A DNA stretch of 63,334 nt, counting the filler, from Platydemus manokwari (lineage: Eukaryota), in the NCBI GenBank assembly GCA_037951405.1. It is 6 parts of 6 records of this genome, joined end to end, with 100 filler letters (N's around TTAATTAATTAA, not from the genome) between each part and the next. Parts side by side here need not be neighbours in the genome. Positions count along the whole stretch, not along the records: positions 19,746 to 30,665 come from JBBMOY011058856.1; positions 30,766 to 39,784 come from JBBMOY011291206.1; positions 39,885 to 53,182 come from JBBMOY011768063.1; 3 more parts are not named here. One strand, given 5' to 3'. Both the position numbers and the translations under genes were made by a program. The notes below the pieces were generated by a model. That model did not search any database and was not told the DNA's origin. It saw only the letters and a list, made by a program, of their open reading frames with translations. Positions 26,321 through 40,700 of the stretch are shown here, piece after piece. The number at the start of each line of letters is the position of its first letter. The stretch's first letter is position 1.

Positions 26321-29300
26321 ATATGGATTATTAGAAAATATTTATGATAATCTACTTTAAAATGACTCAAGTTGATCTCAAAGTGCTAACTCTGATCTTA
26401 AATATTTTCATCTCAAAATAATATATTTCCTCATTTATTGAAAGTTATGAAGAGAAAACCACATGTTATTTGCATATCTGTTAGATTAATTGAGTTGCAT
26501 CTTAAATTTTACAAAAATAATTTAAAAATTACTTCGATCTCAGGACTTTATTTCTGAAATTAATAAAAGGTGTCAGTTCATCACTCTAATTATCTTATTC
26601 AATAAAAATAATGGCAATAATAATAACAGTAATAATAATAACTGTAACCATGGTTATCAAAAATGATTTTTCAAAATAAAAAAAAACAATATTTAATCTT
26701 TTATTTGTGGAGCATCACTGAAATATTAAATAATCATGTTTGTCACACTTGGATTGATGTTAAAATTAAAACAAAATTTAGAAAATTAAATCCAATAATA
26801 AACTCAAACAGATATCAATATATTATATGATTCGATTTGATAACTTCAGTATTACGAAAGACCTCTAAATAAATGAATGACAATTCCAATCAGCATTTCT
26901 CACTAACAGATAACAATTTCGCACTATGGGATAGCACCTTGAATCGACCACTATATGATTTGCTTGCTGATGCATTTAATAATTTGCTTTGAACTCATAA
27001 TCTTTATCTAAGATATACTTCATTCGATCATATAGAAAATTCAAAAGAGTAGTTTTCATTTTATTTAATCGCTAGAATAAATCATTAAAATCAATTGGTT
27101 TCAGTTATTGTTTTTATCATTAATATCGATCTATAAGTGTGCGTGTGTGTGTGGACAATATATGAGAAACATTTGTAACAAAATAAATATACAAAAAATA
27201 TTTCACTCATTTTATTATCGATCAACAACAGGTGATCATTAGTGATGCTATATAATAAATGCATTGTGAAGATATTATTTTATATAGTTTATCATTATAT
27301 ATAATTTTAACCTATATAGATAATAAGGACACATCTCGGACTTATATCGATGCAATTTATTGAATTCCTTGACCTTATTATGGCGTCGACACATTTCAAA
27401 CGAAAGCATTATTGGTGATTTTAGTTTCAAAACGAAAATGTGGGAAAGAATAATCATTATAGAATAATATTATTGATTATATTTATCTTAATATTTATTT
27501 CATGACATGATTTATTGAATATTGAAGTCAATAGAATTTATTATAACCTTGATCGATGATTAATACTGGAGTTTATCAAATTAATCAGTGACAATGCATA
27601 ATAATCAATGTGACAAAGTGATCACAATAGCGTAATATCATTACAAGTTCATTATTCAATAACCAATTTAACTAACCGTTTCTATTCTAACTATAATAAA
27701 CGGCCATAAATTTTAATGACAGGATTTTTTCAATATTTTTCATATAGAAATTCAATTACAAATTATCGATTAAATTTTAAATTTCATTCTGGATCCAAAT
27801 GCTTTCTATTCCTATCTTTCTTTATTAATCAAAATACTGTTATCGTAAAAAATCAATAATAGAAAAATCAATAATGTTTGTTTAAAATGATTTAAAATTA
27901 TTTTTAATTTTAAATATTAAACAAGGATCTGATAACAAATATTTATTGATCAAATTTATGTGGGCTATCTGGCATGATATCTTCAACATAAAACATTTCT
28001 TCTGACTTTTTAAGACATTTAGTAGACTTCTATTCGATATTTGATTTCCAATGTTCTATTAAAATTTATCGATAATGGCAATCGCTGATTTATCAATCCC
28101 TATTTGTGCCAGCCTGTAACCACAAATCTTGACAATTCGAGATCATTGCTATTCAACACATAATGATTTACTCGGTGATGATGTCGATATGACTGTGTTG
28201 TTATGTGTGTATGCAAAAAATATCGATTCCAATGTAAGATTATATATATATTTGAAAATGAGAATAATATTAACAAATTATATAAATCTAACCCATCCAT
28301 AAGTCGTTTGCATTTCTTCAAAGATTCAATCATCGATGAGTATTTCGACTGGTCTGGCACATCTACAATTTGATAAACAAAATAATCGAAATATTATTAA
28401 TTCATTGATTAATTAACTGCTCGTATTAATACAATCACATAGCTCTCGACAATAATTGATAATCAATAATATCTATGAATTCAATATCATCAATTGATTA
28501 TGATTCGATAAAATCAAAATTAACATTTTTAGTTTTAAAATAAATTCATGAAATTCATTCAAACTGGTTTTTTTTAACAAATTGCTCGACTAATATAATT
28601 CTGGGAGCGACACAGCAATTGTTTATCAATAAATGAACAGGAATGAAAGACGGATTTAGGAAAACATCTCGAATAAACCAATCAAAATGATATCATCTCT
28701 GATATTTTCAAACTTATACAGACATCAGACGATAGGTAAATGGAATGACGATTTAAAACAATGAAATAGAATGCATAAACGAAACTTCGATGATATAGTG
28801 CTGAGTATTGATGACACAGATGAAATAGCAGCACAAATAGTGACACCATAGAGTGAGCTTTGATGCATTGTTGTACAGCATAAAAAATTTTGAAAAAAAA
28901 TTAAAAAAAAATAAAAATTTATTTTAAAATTTTATTTTATTTTAAATATTATTTTTAAATTTTTTTATAAATATAATGAAAATAAGAGCAGATTTAACAA
29001 ATTTTTGTAATGCAAAGAAACAATGCTTAAATCAATGAACAATATCAATAAATTTATTTATAAATTATTTAAAAATATTAAAAATATTAAAAATAATAAT
29101 CTTTAATAATCTACAAATAATAATTAATTATTTTAAAAAAATAAAAATATTAAAAATATTACAAAATATATTTTCTAAAAATAAAGATAAACACGCTAAG
29201 AAATATCAACCATAAAATACACTGGCCATTCTTAATATGCTATGTCGTGTGTGTGTGTGTGTGTGGAAATTCATTTTAATATTATTCAGATCAATTCGAA

Positions 29301-30928
29301 TACTTCCTCATGTAAATAATTCTTAGATAGTTTGCAGGTATTCCAATGGCTTTAAAGGGGATTAATTAAGGAAATAATAAAAAAACCCAATTGATTGATG
29401 AATTAAAAGTTGAGGAATACAAAATAGGAAAAATAATTTGATGAAAATATGCTCATAAAACCTAAGACGCTCTTCTTTATCTAGTTTTTAAGTTGTTTCA
29501 AACAATAGCCAAGCTGAACAAGCATGTCGCTTTGAATTAAGTGAATCAAGAGGACTATTTTTATTGGTTTACTCGGAACACAATGGACATAATTCCAATA
29601 TTTTATATCATAAAAAACTAGCAGCACTTATCTAGATCTCAAACATTACTAAGCCTATTTCCTTGAACAGTTTTGTTCTTTATATGGAAAAGATAAGCAC
29701 GCAAAAAACATTCCTTTCTAATGCGCTGTACTGACAGATTAAAGTCACAAATGTTAAGATCCAAGAATACCAAGAAGCAAAACAAGAGGTATGTATTTAA
29801 TCATTACTACAAATGTTCCCATTGATTAATATTTATAGAAACCAGTCCAACTTATCATTTGGACAATCAAATATCTCGGAATACAAATCAGCAATTCAGA
29901 AAAATCAATAAAACAATTTATAATCGCTTACCTTTCATTTTGATTATTAACTGCTCTGCATTATTTTATCAAAATCCAAATATGTATAAAAATATCAATC
30001 TCACCACACAAGTCATCGAGATTTCTCTGACAAACATCGATATTTTAAAAATCATTATCAAATCGATCAATCAAATATCAAACACTAACCTCGTCGACAA
30101 TTGAAAAATAAGTTTCTCCTGCATCACCTTTCTGTGCCATTTTATTTGGAAAAATCCTTAGAACAAAAAGAATTTTCATTGATAACATATTGATTCATAT
30201 TGATTAGAAAAGTCAAATTTTAAATCGTAAATATTAATCAATATTAAATTATTTAATCATCGAAATTCATTACAGGTAATAAAATCTAATTTTATCAATA
30301 AAGATTTTACCGAAATTTATCAAGTTAGAGAAAGTATCGATTAATATAAATTTAATATCCGGATAAATCAATTAATCACTAACGTCCTGAATATTTAAAC
30401 AACATTTAACATTATGATATAACAAAAATAAATTTATATTTTAAAAAATAAATTAATTGATCGATGTATTATCGAGCTTTATATTGAATTATTGGTTTTC
30501 AATAATTTTTCAGTATTACTAATCAATATAAAAATTCTTCTATGATATTGTTGCATAATATTATATGATTTCAAGAAATGATTGAAATGAAAAAGTTGAA
30601 TGGCGTAGTGCCATGGATCAATAACAAGCTTTGTAAATAACGAAAATCATTTTAAAATAGAATACNNNNNNNNNNNNNNNNNNNNNNNNNNNNNNNNNNN
30701 NNNNNNNNNTTAATTAATTAANNNNNNNNNNNNNNNNNNNNNNNNNNNNNNNNNNNNNNNNNNNNTAAAATTTAAAAGTGTAATTTTATATTAATTAAAG
30801 AAGGAAAATTTGTTTAGATAATCTTTAATATGAAATATATATATTTACACTTAGTTATGAGTTTTGAATACAATATAAAAAGCGATGAAGTGTTAGCCAC
30901 TAACAAAGAAGACGCCCAAAAATTGATC

Positions 30929-31095
30929 AAACTTGATTTTTGACATTCTCCTGATCTTTATATTATTGATCGAATATGAGATGACACACCAGGACCTATT
31001 GGTGAAATTTGATTTCTGACATCCCCCTGATCTTCACATTATAGATCAATTGCGAGGTGACAGTAGATCATATAGGTCTGATTCACCAGGATATG
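30929..31095 (+). repeat. Imperfect ~77-bp tandem duplication
   Basis: aaacttgatttttgacattctcctgatctttatattattgatcgaatatgagatgaca versus aaatttgatttctgacatccccctgatcttcacattatagatcaattgcgaggtgaca. Confidence 0.65.
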
Positions 31096-32099
31096 TTATT
31101 GAACTTACAGGGACTAATAACAAGACAGAAGTAATATCATTTAGATATGAGAGACCGATCAAGTAATACAATACAAATATAATTAAAAAAATATCATAAT
31201 CATTAAAACAAACACGACGAAGTGATTTTAATGATAAATAATGGATTTTATTTTGATTAATATTTTTTCGAGTTATGTAAATATCATCAAATAATTTCAT
31301 TCCAATATAATTATCATAAGCAAAAAATTAAAAAACCTAACGACAACATTATTCGTGATAATCAGTTGTCGGCATTGGAAGATAAAGGAATTTAAATGAA
31401 GTGATTTTTTTTTCACCTGTTAATAGCTGTTTTTATCAAATGGTAAACAAATATTTTATACTGCCGCTAAAATTATCAGGATAAACAATTTCAGAAATGA
31501 TATCCACATTTTAATGAATTGATTAAAGTGCTTTAAAAATAATTCCATGACTTTCAATATCGATATTATTGATCAAGTAACGGTTTATGAAACAATAACG
31601 TCTCGCAGGGAAAATTTTTGAATTAAAACAAAATATATCAGGAAACAAACAAATTAATTATCAAATCATCTTATATTCGTGATTTGTGTTCTAATGAACC
31701 CCAATTAGACCATGGTCAATTTTAATTAGAATACATGAAATACATCTTCGCAAAACTGATGTATATCTATCTGTATTACTTTCAAAAAGTAGTCGAAATC
31801 ATTCTAAAATATGGAATTTTATTTCGCATTGTCGATTTTGAATTTATTGTCAGGTAATCTGTGGATCACAAGCTCTTGGTTTGGGCGATCAAATATAAGA
31901 ATATGAGATTATTAATGATTTTATTGGAGAAATTGATTCTCGTTTATTTATTGATGTTTGATAATAAATAGGATTAAGATTGATTTTCGAAAGAAAATTA
32001 AGAAAATACCCACAGAAATAAAAGAGAGCGCCATGAAGGATTGAAATGCAGGGAGAGAACTAAACGATGTGAATCTGGACGAACTCTCATGATTGAAAA

Positions 32100-33200
32100 A
32101 CAATAGAATAGCCTATCAGGGGGTGGTTTTAACGAATACAATCCTCCCTTCAAGTACCCTGCATTCATTGATCAAAAATAGTAAATGAAGTCTAGCGAAT
32201 AAAAACGATAATATTCACACCCACATATTAACGCTTATTTATAGCGATAGATGAGGTAGTCTTTTCCTTCGATACTATTATCAATTTGAAAGTACTAAAA
32301 GCTGTCCTAATTCATTGGTTGTCTTTAATGACCATATAATAATTTGGCAAAGTCCTTAATATAATGCCACTATAATCAAAATACTATCTAATTTATGATA
32401 TTGGTATTATTCTGCTTAGGGCGTCTCGTCAAAATAATAATTTCGAAATGCTACGACTTTATATTACTAGTTTCCCATTATAAAATCACCATATTATTAG
32501 AATTAATTTTAATACATTACAACAAAGTTACTGATATAAAAATAACCCGTAAGCAAAAGTCAAATCAACAATTGGCTCAATTCTTGAAGAAGGAATACGT
32601 GAAGATCGCCGTTCATAAAAGAATGTCTACTTTAACTTAGGATTTACTTGTATCACATGAGAAGTGATTAGGGTCTTGATGGTTACTACTTTATCTTCTA
32701 GAAATTTCCTACTTGGCATTACGTCTGTCTTTCAATTTCTCCATGTATATTAATCCTAATATGATGACCTTTCGACTTGCAATCTACTAATAATATGAAA
32801 ATTATATGAGTGGTAGGACTAGTGTTACTATCTTTCTTACTATCACCCTCTAATTATATCATTTACTGCTTTAAACTCTATGCTCTTAGATTTCAAAATG
32901 TGTTGAGTTGACAATGAAAATTACAACTTCACTGTTGATAATGAAATGATCGATCAACGAATGGAACCTTTTATATTCAATATACACCGAATAATACATA
33001 TTTAACACTGCAGATATAAACCTATCGGATAATGTTGTGATAAATAAGATCCATTCCTGATAGATTATATTCGTCAGAATACTGAATCCTTGGTGATGAA
33101 GGGTACTATGTTCATCCATTAACACCCTGGACACATAACTTCAGATTCTTATGGATTCTCAAATTTGATAATTGGATTGGCTTACAGAATAACTGTTTAG
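32100..33200 (-). mobile_element. Degraded LTR retrotransposon (gypsy-like): integrase zinc-binding remnant and PPT/3' LTR start
   Basis: VLMDEHSTLHHQG..IL (H..LHHPG pattern, ORF 32886-33134). A purine tract AAGGGAGGA (32150-32142) is followed by TGT at 32140. Confidence 0.4.
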
Positions 33201-33534
33201 CAGTTTCAAACTGAAAATGAGAAAGGCTATTAATTTCTTGGTCCACTTTATACGAATTTATGAATGTGGGTATCATTACCTATGATTGCACTTACTTAGG
33301 TTATTTGGGAGAATTTTGTCATGCGGTCGGAAATGAAAATTATATCTTCGCAGTTGTATGAGGGTAAGTTCAAAGGGTTTTATTTTAAAAATAAGGCTGA
33401 TTAATCAATATTTATACGATAATTCTGTTACTATGGATTTTGTGAGCATTTTAAATGGATTTAATAATTTTATATAAAACTTAATTTGGGATAAAACTTT
33501 TGGGATTTATATTTTAATAATTATATGTTTTGAA

Positions 33535-34725
33535 TTTTCAGCTCGTTTTCAATGAGTAATTTTGAAAAACTAATACCGGCTACCATGGCGACTACGTATC
33601 AGGATTCGATTGTGAAAAGATCATTGACTTTAAATTATGAAAAAAGAGGAGAAATCTGTTGAGACAATATCGATAATATAGAAAGATGTAGAGAATATTT
33701 ATTTAGATATTAAGAAGATATATGAAGGCGATATAAAACAGATAGAATTATTAGAGTTCTTATGTAGATAAAATGTGAACATTTGATACAATATCAATTA
33801 AGAATAAAAAGAAAATCAAAGATTTTAAAGAAAAAGGGGTGGGAGCATTTTAAATTGAATTGAAAATTTAATTTGGTATAAAAACTTTATTGTATAAACC
33901 AGATTTATTTGTTTTAATGATTGTATTCAAATATAATCGGATGTCGTGACTTTTCAGTTCGTTTTTAATGGGTAATTTAAAAACTAATAGCGGCTTACAA
34001 ACTTAATTACTATTTCAGTTCGTTTTTAAAATAGTAGCGGCTAACATGATGACCACGCATCTGGAATCGAGTCTGAAAAGTTCAACGACTATAAATTATG
34101 AAGAAGACATAAAGAATGGATAAAGAAGTTGTAGAAGAGATAAAAAGGCCTTATGAAAGAAGATATAAAAGGAGATATAAAATAAGATATAAAAAATATA
34201 TAAAAGAAGAAATATAAGAACAAATAAAAGAAGAAATAAAAGAAGATATAAAAGAAGAAATAAAAGAAGATATAAAAGAAGATATAAAAGAATATCTAAA
34301 AGAAGAAATAAAAGAAAAAATAAAAAAAAGAAATAAAAGAAGAAATAAAAGAAGAAAAAAAGATATAAAAGAAGATATAACAAAAGATAGATTGGAGATG
34401 AAAAGGAAGTTATTAAAAGATAGAAGAATTAGAGTTTTCGTGTAATGAGACATGTAGATAATTCAAGACAGAGGCAATTAAAAAAATCAAAGATTTTAGC
34501 GAAAATGGGGATGTGAGATATTTTATATGAATTAAATTTCAATTTATTTTTAAACAATTTTAATTCACATTTTATTCAAATTTAGTCAGATTTAATTTTA
34601 ATTTTATAAAAAATTAAATTAATGTAAAATTAGAATAAATTGTTTAAAATAGATTTGTAGTGTCTTGACATTTCAGTTCGTTTTTAGCGTGTGGTTTTTA
34701 AAATAGTAACGACTAACAATTGTCA
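33535..34725 (+). repeat. Diverged tandem duplication (units start at tttcagYtcgtttt: 33535, 33951, 34013, 34670)
   Basis: Units share aaa.tag/taatagcggct..catg..gac.acg.atc.gga.tcga.t.tgaaaag.tca..gact.taaattatgaa and aaaatcaaagatttta..gaaaa.gggg. Confidence 0.75.
34155..34385 (+). repeat. 12-bp minisatellite (ATAAAAGAAGAW)n
   Basis: About 19 degenerate copies visible. It generates the low-complexity ORFs 34096-34383 and 34151-34453. Confidence 0.9.
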
Positions 34726-37700
34726 AAAGACTTTTTGCAAACACCAACACGAAGTCTTGATTTTGTGTGCATCAATCGATGTTTATTTATTTTTTCATTT
34801 TTATAGGTCGTCCTTTATGTTGACATATGCCACTTAAATACTGAAATGATAACTGAGCATTGATTTAGCGACCACTAATTTTTCTATTGGTGTAGGGCAT
34901 ATTGGTTGTTTAATTTTTTTTGATAATATTGATTGCTGAAATTTATGTTTTACAACAAATCTACAAAAGCCTGATCAAATCACATAAAAGAAAAACACAA
35001 TCTTTAAATTCCAGTTATTATCAATCACGGATCTAGTCTGACCACAAATTAGATCTAACGACCCAGGAGCTACTCTTGGCCTTTACCAAGTACACAAGAC
35101 ATAGATAAGTTGTGATGAAGATATTGAGAAGATATGAGGGAGATTTAAAATGGATTAACAAAATAGAAATTTTCATTTCAATAAATATAATGAGAATTCA
35201 AAGCAGACATAATTAGTAATGCCTTGCAAATGAAAAACAATTTAAATAAACAGGAACATGAATTTGAACATTATGAAACTGGTAAAACTCATCCATATTT
35301 AATACTCACTGATGTACCTAATTTTGCAAACCAATTAGACCAATGTTTCGCATGAAACAAATTTCTCAGTACTAACAGCTGGATTAGGTATGATAACCAA
35401 TGTTGATTTTACGCGTGTTCAATGGCCAGTGACAGAAGGTTTTGTTGAAGAATTCTTTCACTTGATAAAACGCCAATTTGCCAATAAAGAATGGACAAAA
35501 ATCAACAAACCTGGAAAAGATAATGATCTGATGAGATTATTTTATTGATATTGATGCCTCAAACAAAGCTATATATCAAATCTCTAGGAATCGGAATTGG
35601 TTTGTGTTCTATTGGGTGTCGTGGATTGATCAAGACAAATCTTCATAGAAACTCAAAGAGCATACTTTAGATGACGATCATTTTGACTACCATTGCTTGG
35701 CATGGTCCAAATGTACATCACAGTGTGAGATATGATAAGCTCGATAATTTGTCATTTGCCTGGAAACATATCATAGGTCTGAATGCAAATTTTGACTCAA
35801 TTTCAAATCCTTAATACTTAATTTTAACTTGATGTCTCTAATGTGATCCCATGACCTACTTTTAAAAATGAATATTGAAAGCAAGGTATTAATCACATAA
35901 TTTATTGATTTACATTCTATTTATGGGTTTAGTAATATTATTAATAATACTCATCGCTGTATTTTGTGTGATCAATTGTTGATTGCATATATTTTTTTTG
36001 TTTTTTTAAAATGAGGAGTTTCCCAATTATTAATATATTATTTGCTTTATTATAGTTAAGTCCATAAACTTCATTGTGCCTATATTTACAAAAATTTGAT
36101 TCTCAAATAATCTGACCAAAGGAAAATAACTCTGTGTAAAGAATTGCATTAAATAATCGTCTATTTTGACATATAATAGGTATAAAATGTTAGAAAAATA
36201 TAGAAAATTCTTAATAAACGAATGTTGAGAGGTTAGTCTGCAACAGACATGGACCCCAAAGAAAAATAAATTATAATAAAAGCTAGAATTACAAGCATTT
36301 GCTTCAAAACTTTTGAAATTCCACGATAAATCAAAATTTGCTTAAAGTAGTTTTTCTTTTATTTATTTTATATTTTTGAGCAAATAAGAAATTTCACAAA
36401 CGAAATAAAATATTCTGCACTTTGAATCCCTTATTTTAGCACTCTAAGCATTTGCATGCCTGCACAGCCGAACAGACATAGCACACCAAATCAATAAATC
36501 CAATTACAACTTGAAAATCAAATCATAATGTGATACACTGATTGGACACTAGTCTCGAGTGTAAAAACTGATATATTATATTGGCCAACTGCCGTTTGAA
36601 GCCATGCTTCATGTCATTCTTTTATATTGTTGAATTTCAGAGTCATTTGTGGACTTACTGATTAGTAAGGTTGAATTATATATAGATTGTAACTTACAGT
36701 TCTTTTAGATCACAACACCCTAATAACCATATTTATGAGATTTTGTAATCAGATTTGGGAAATTTTGAGATTCACTGCTCTGCTTTGTATTTTCAGGAGC
36801 AATCAATGAAGGATAATTACGTATTAGTCACGGCGTTGATTATGAAAGTATTTAAACAACATATATGCTTAACACAGCATGTCAAAGCTTACCTTTACAT
36901 CAAAAATATAAATTCTATTTATCAAAACTATAAAGACAACTCAATATCTATTGTAAAAAATGTGTAATCATATTGATTGAGTAGGTACATCATATTGTTG
37001 TCTACATAATTTGGCACTTTCCATTGTGGTTATATGTTCTGATTATAAATTTCCCGGGTATCTGAAATATATACGGAACCATACGGTTAGATATGGTTAT
37101 AATCAATACTGCCTAGGGAGAATAGGATGTGAAAATTGTGTCATGAGTAGGTACGGCTTACCAAGTTAGAAGACAAAGTGAGCAAGTCCGGTGAGAGAAA
37201 GCAAGAATCGGTAAGTCAAAGAAAACATTTGAAATTTGGAGTTAAAAATGTGACCAATGGATGAGACAATGTGCTGATGAGTGATATGACAGTGTAATTT
37301 GTTGTCAATTAGGCATGATAGTGATCATGATTGTTGGTTGCTAACACTTCTTCGTTTTTCATGTTGGATTCAAAAGTCAGTTTTTTAACGGACAAAAAAA
37401 TATATTTCCATATTACATCTTTCCAAACAAACAGTCTATTATTTTTACCATTCTTTAAAAATTCAAATTACCATCAATAGAAAAATTATTTTGTAACACA
37501 TTTTTTGAAAGGTCACAACAATGGTTTGAGCAAGATAAATACAAATATTAAATATTAACACATTGGCGGACAGTAGGAACAAATGAAGTTCAAAATTTAA
37601 CACTATATGTGCGTACTTAAGCTCCAAGTCGTGTAATAAGTGGAAAATAAAAGTCAACCGAAAGAATTGTTTCCAAAACATGACACTAGTATGCTATTTG

Positions 37701-40700
37701 TACGCCGGTAAATGCACATTTGTGCCGCTATAACCGCATTGTTCAAAAAAGACCGTTTCGTTTTAGACATCTTTTCCCGTCATACCACATATGTGAACTT
37801 CGCTTTGACGGTTAAGGACGTAAGTATCCGTCAACGTGTTAATACAATTAATTAAAACAAATATTTTTAATTATTAATCGCAATCTTATTTAAATTATAA
37901 ACATCACAATGACGATGACAGTGAGAATGATGAATGGCATGATGAGACATAAGATGAAGATTATTGGGTTAAATAGTGGTGTTGTTGATGGTTTAGAATC
38001 AATAGGTAAAGATGCAGTTGTCATTTTCTTTGTTGTTGTGTTATCATTGCGAATGTGACTCAAGTAGGTAGATGTTGTGGACAAGCCTCATCACTTGTGC
38101 GAATACTAAATTTGAAAGTTCATTGACGGTCTTTTTATTGAAGCCTAAAAGATTGAAATCCTTTTAGTTTTGAGAATCCCAGGGCACAAGAATGCCAAGA
38201 TTTATGATGTTGAGGTGAGAGTCGTGTCGATTCTGTCAGCAGATATCGACTGCGAGTTGTGTACTTCTACTTTTGTTTGATTTACTTTTATTTTATAAAT
38301 TACAATATTTAAACAATACAATATAGAATTTTAAACTTATTAATGTTGGAATGGAATTTTTTTCGATTTGGAAATCATAATAATAATTTTAATAATAAAG
38401 ATTTATCGCTATATTTTCGAAATTGGTTTTTCTAAAAATAGGTAATATATTTACATTCCTATTGATAAAGATTCGATTGTAATTATTTCTCACAAAACAG
38501 TTTCATTTATTCTCAATAATTTTCCTTTTTTACCACATTCATAATCCCAACAATCTCACGATTTGATTAAGTGAATCGTAATTAATAATGAAAATTATGT
38601 TCGCTGGTCGACAGTGCCTTTTGGCAGTTCAATGGTATGGAGCCACTGTTGACAGATTTATTTGGAAGACTTCAGTGAAAATAAATTCTTACTAATCGAG
38701 ACGAATGATTTAGAGTTTCTCGATCATAAATTTAAATTTGTTCGTCGTAATTGAAATGGAATTTCCTCAACTATCTTGGTAATAATGAAAATTTCCAAAT
38801 TGTAAGAGTCAGTTATAAAATATCATCTTTATTTGTGATAATAAATTAGAGAAATAAGTTTTGAATACTTTTATCATTATCCTTATTAATTAAAATATAA
38901 GACTGGATTTCCTTTCTAGATATATCATTAAGAAAATCGTCTTTCATAAAGAAATTTTTATTTTATAACTATTTTTTCCTGTTTTTGCAGCTTTTTTTGA
39001 ATTGATTTAGAAGAAGCATTGATTTAGAAGAGATATTCATGAAGCAATGCTGTGAAAGCAGCAGTTAGAGTGACAAATATCGATATGAAAACAATTATCG
39101 AAAAACTGATTCTGGGTGGGAATAAAAGGACTTTCCGAAAATAACGATATTTCCATTTGTTTGAAATAATAACAATCCTCCCATATCAATTAAACTATTT
39201 TCGTGATAACAGGGGGAAAACACCCACGCACTGGAAAAAATAAAATGAAAAGCTACGATGAAACATTTTTTTCAAAATTATTGATAAAATTATCTGTATA
39301 ATATCTGTGCTCTGTCTTAGAATAAATGGAAGATTAAAGGAAATATAACAAATATCAGCTACAAATCGTGACAGTTTTTCTTGTATCGGGATATTTTGTA
39401 ATTACTGATTACATTCAGAGAATAATTAGATTGATAATAGTAATTTTTGATGGAAATAATAAGATATATTTAGCAATAGAAAGTCAATCACAACAATTTG
39501 TTAACTTTTGTATTTGATTTGCGAAATTACTATCTTGCAATTTGATAATTAGGTCAGCTATTAGAACAATGAGTATGTGAGTGTGTTCGTGTGAAAACAG
39601 CTCTCATTTTCCCCTTGTAATCGAGTTGATAATTTCTATTTGAAGATATTTCCACAGATGACCGAATAAAGTTTTTCAACAGGCATTCAATCGATTCACA
39701 TCGAACATCTGTATGCTTATTTGAATCATATGAGATAGAATAGTAATTAGCAGTGATAATAATTATAAATTCGATACTGATATCNNNNNNNNNNNNNNNN
39801 NNNNNNNNNNNNNNNNNNNNNNNNNNNNTTAATTAATTAANNNNNNNNNNNNNNNNNNNNNNNNNNNNNNNNNNNNNNNNNNNNTAAATAATGAGATGGT
39901 ATTTACTGGTAAATACTTTTCAATCTCAACTTCTAAGGAATTTTGTATTCTTAAAAAAATAATTTCAAGAAAGAATCGAATACATCAATGCACAAATGTG
40001 AACATCGAAACACTAAAATTCATAAAATAAATTAAAAATCAACAAACTTTTATTATTATAACCATAAATTTAATTTAACTATTTGGTTGCGGACTCCATT
40101 TTTCTTTTTCTCTAGAAATTTACGAAATTACTGAAGTAAAATCTGTGAACTATATGATTAGTTACATGTTGATAGGTCATAAACAATTTGCTTAGATTAT
40201 TTTTAAATCCCACTCAGCTTGTTAGCTCACAAATATATTGGGAAATGTGATATGGGCTAAAGGATGTAAATATAAAAACCTCTTTAAACTCACTTTATTA
40301 CTCAATAATTTGAAAGTCTATACTTTGATAGAAAAATTCAAAGATAATTACAGGGTTATCATTCTCATAATTATGTCTTCATTGATATATCAAACTAAGT
40401 AAACCGCCTAATGTATTCTTAAAGACAAGAGTTACTTAGATTAGAAATTGTTTTGTTCGCAAATCCCGTGTTCGAAAGAAAAACCATTTCTAAATATTAG
40501 TTTTTGTGTTACAATGAATTTAAATAACACGTATTCACGGATAATATGTGTTAGATAGGGGAGTAAGAGCAATGTTGTCTCTTCCAAATGGTTCACTCTG
40601 AGACCACTTATACGAACAATTAATATTGGATAATTTAAATCAAATTGCTATATATTTGTCGAATTTTTCAACCAATAATGGTTTGAGTTGGAAATTTTAG

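Noticed and set aside
25986-26370. ORFs 25986-26360 and 26074-26370
   Set aside because: They are open only because they span an N gap.
34096-34453. Hydrophobic L/F/Y- and SSFI-repeat ORFs on the minus strand; possible CRISPR-like array
   Set aside because: Translation of a 12-bp minisatellite. There are no unique spacers and no cas genes, and the context is eukaryotic.
35150-35820. FIDIDASNKAI as a retroelement RNase H motif
   Set aside because: Single weak motif with no supporting RT or RNase H context.
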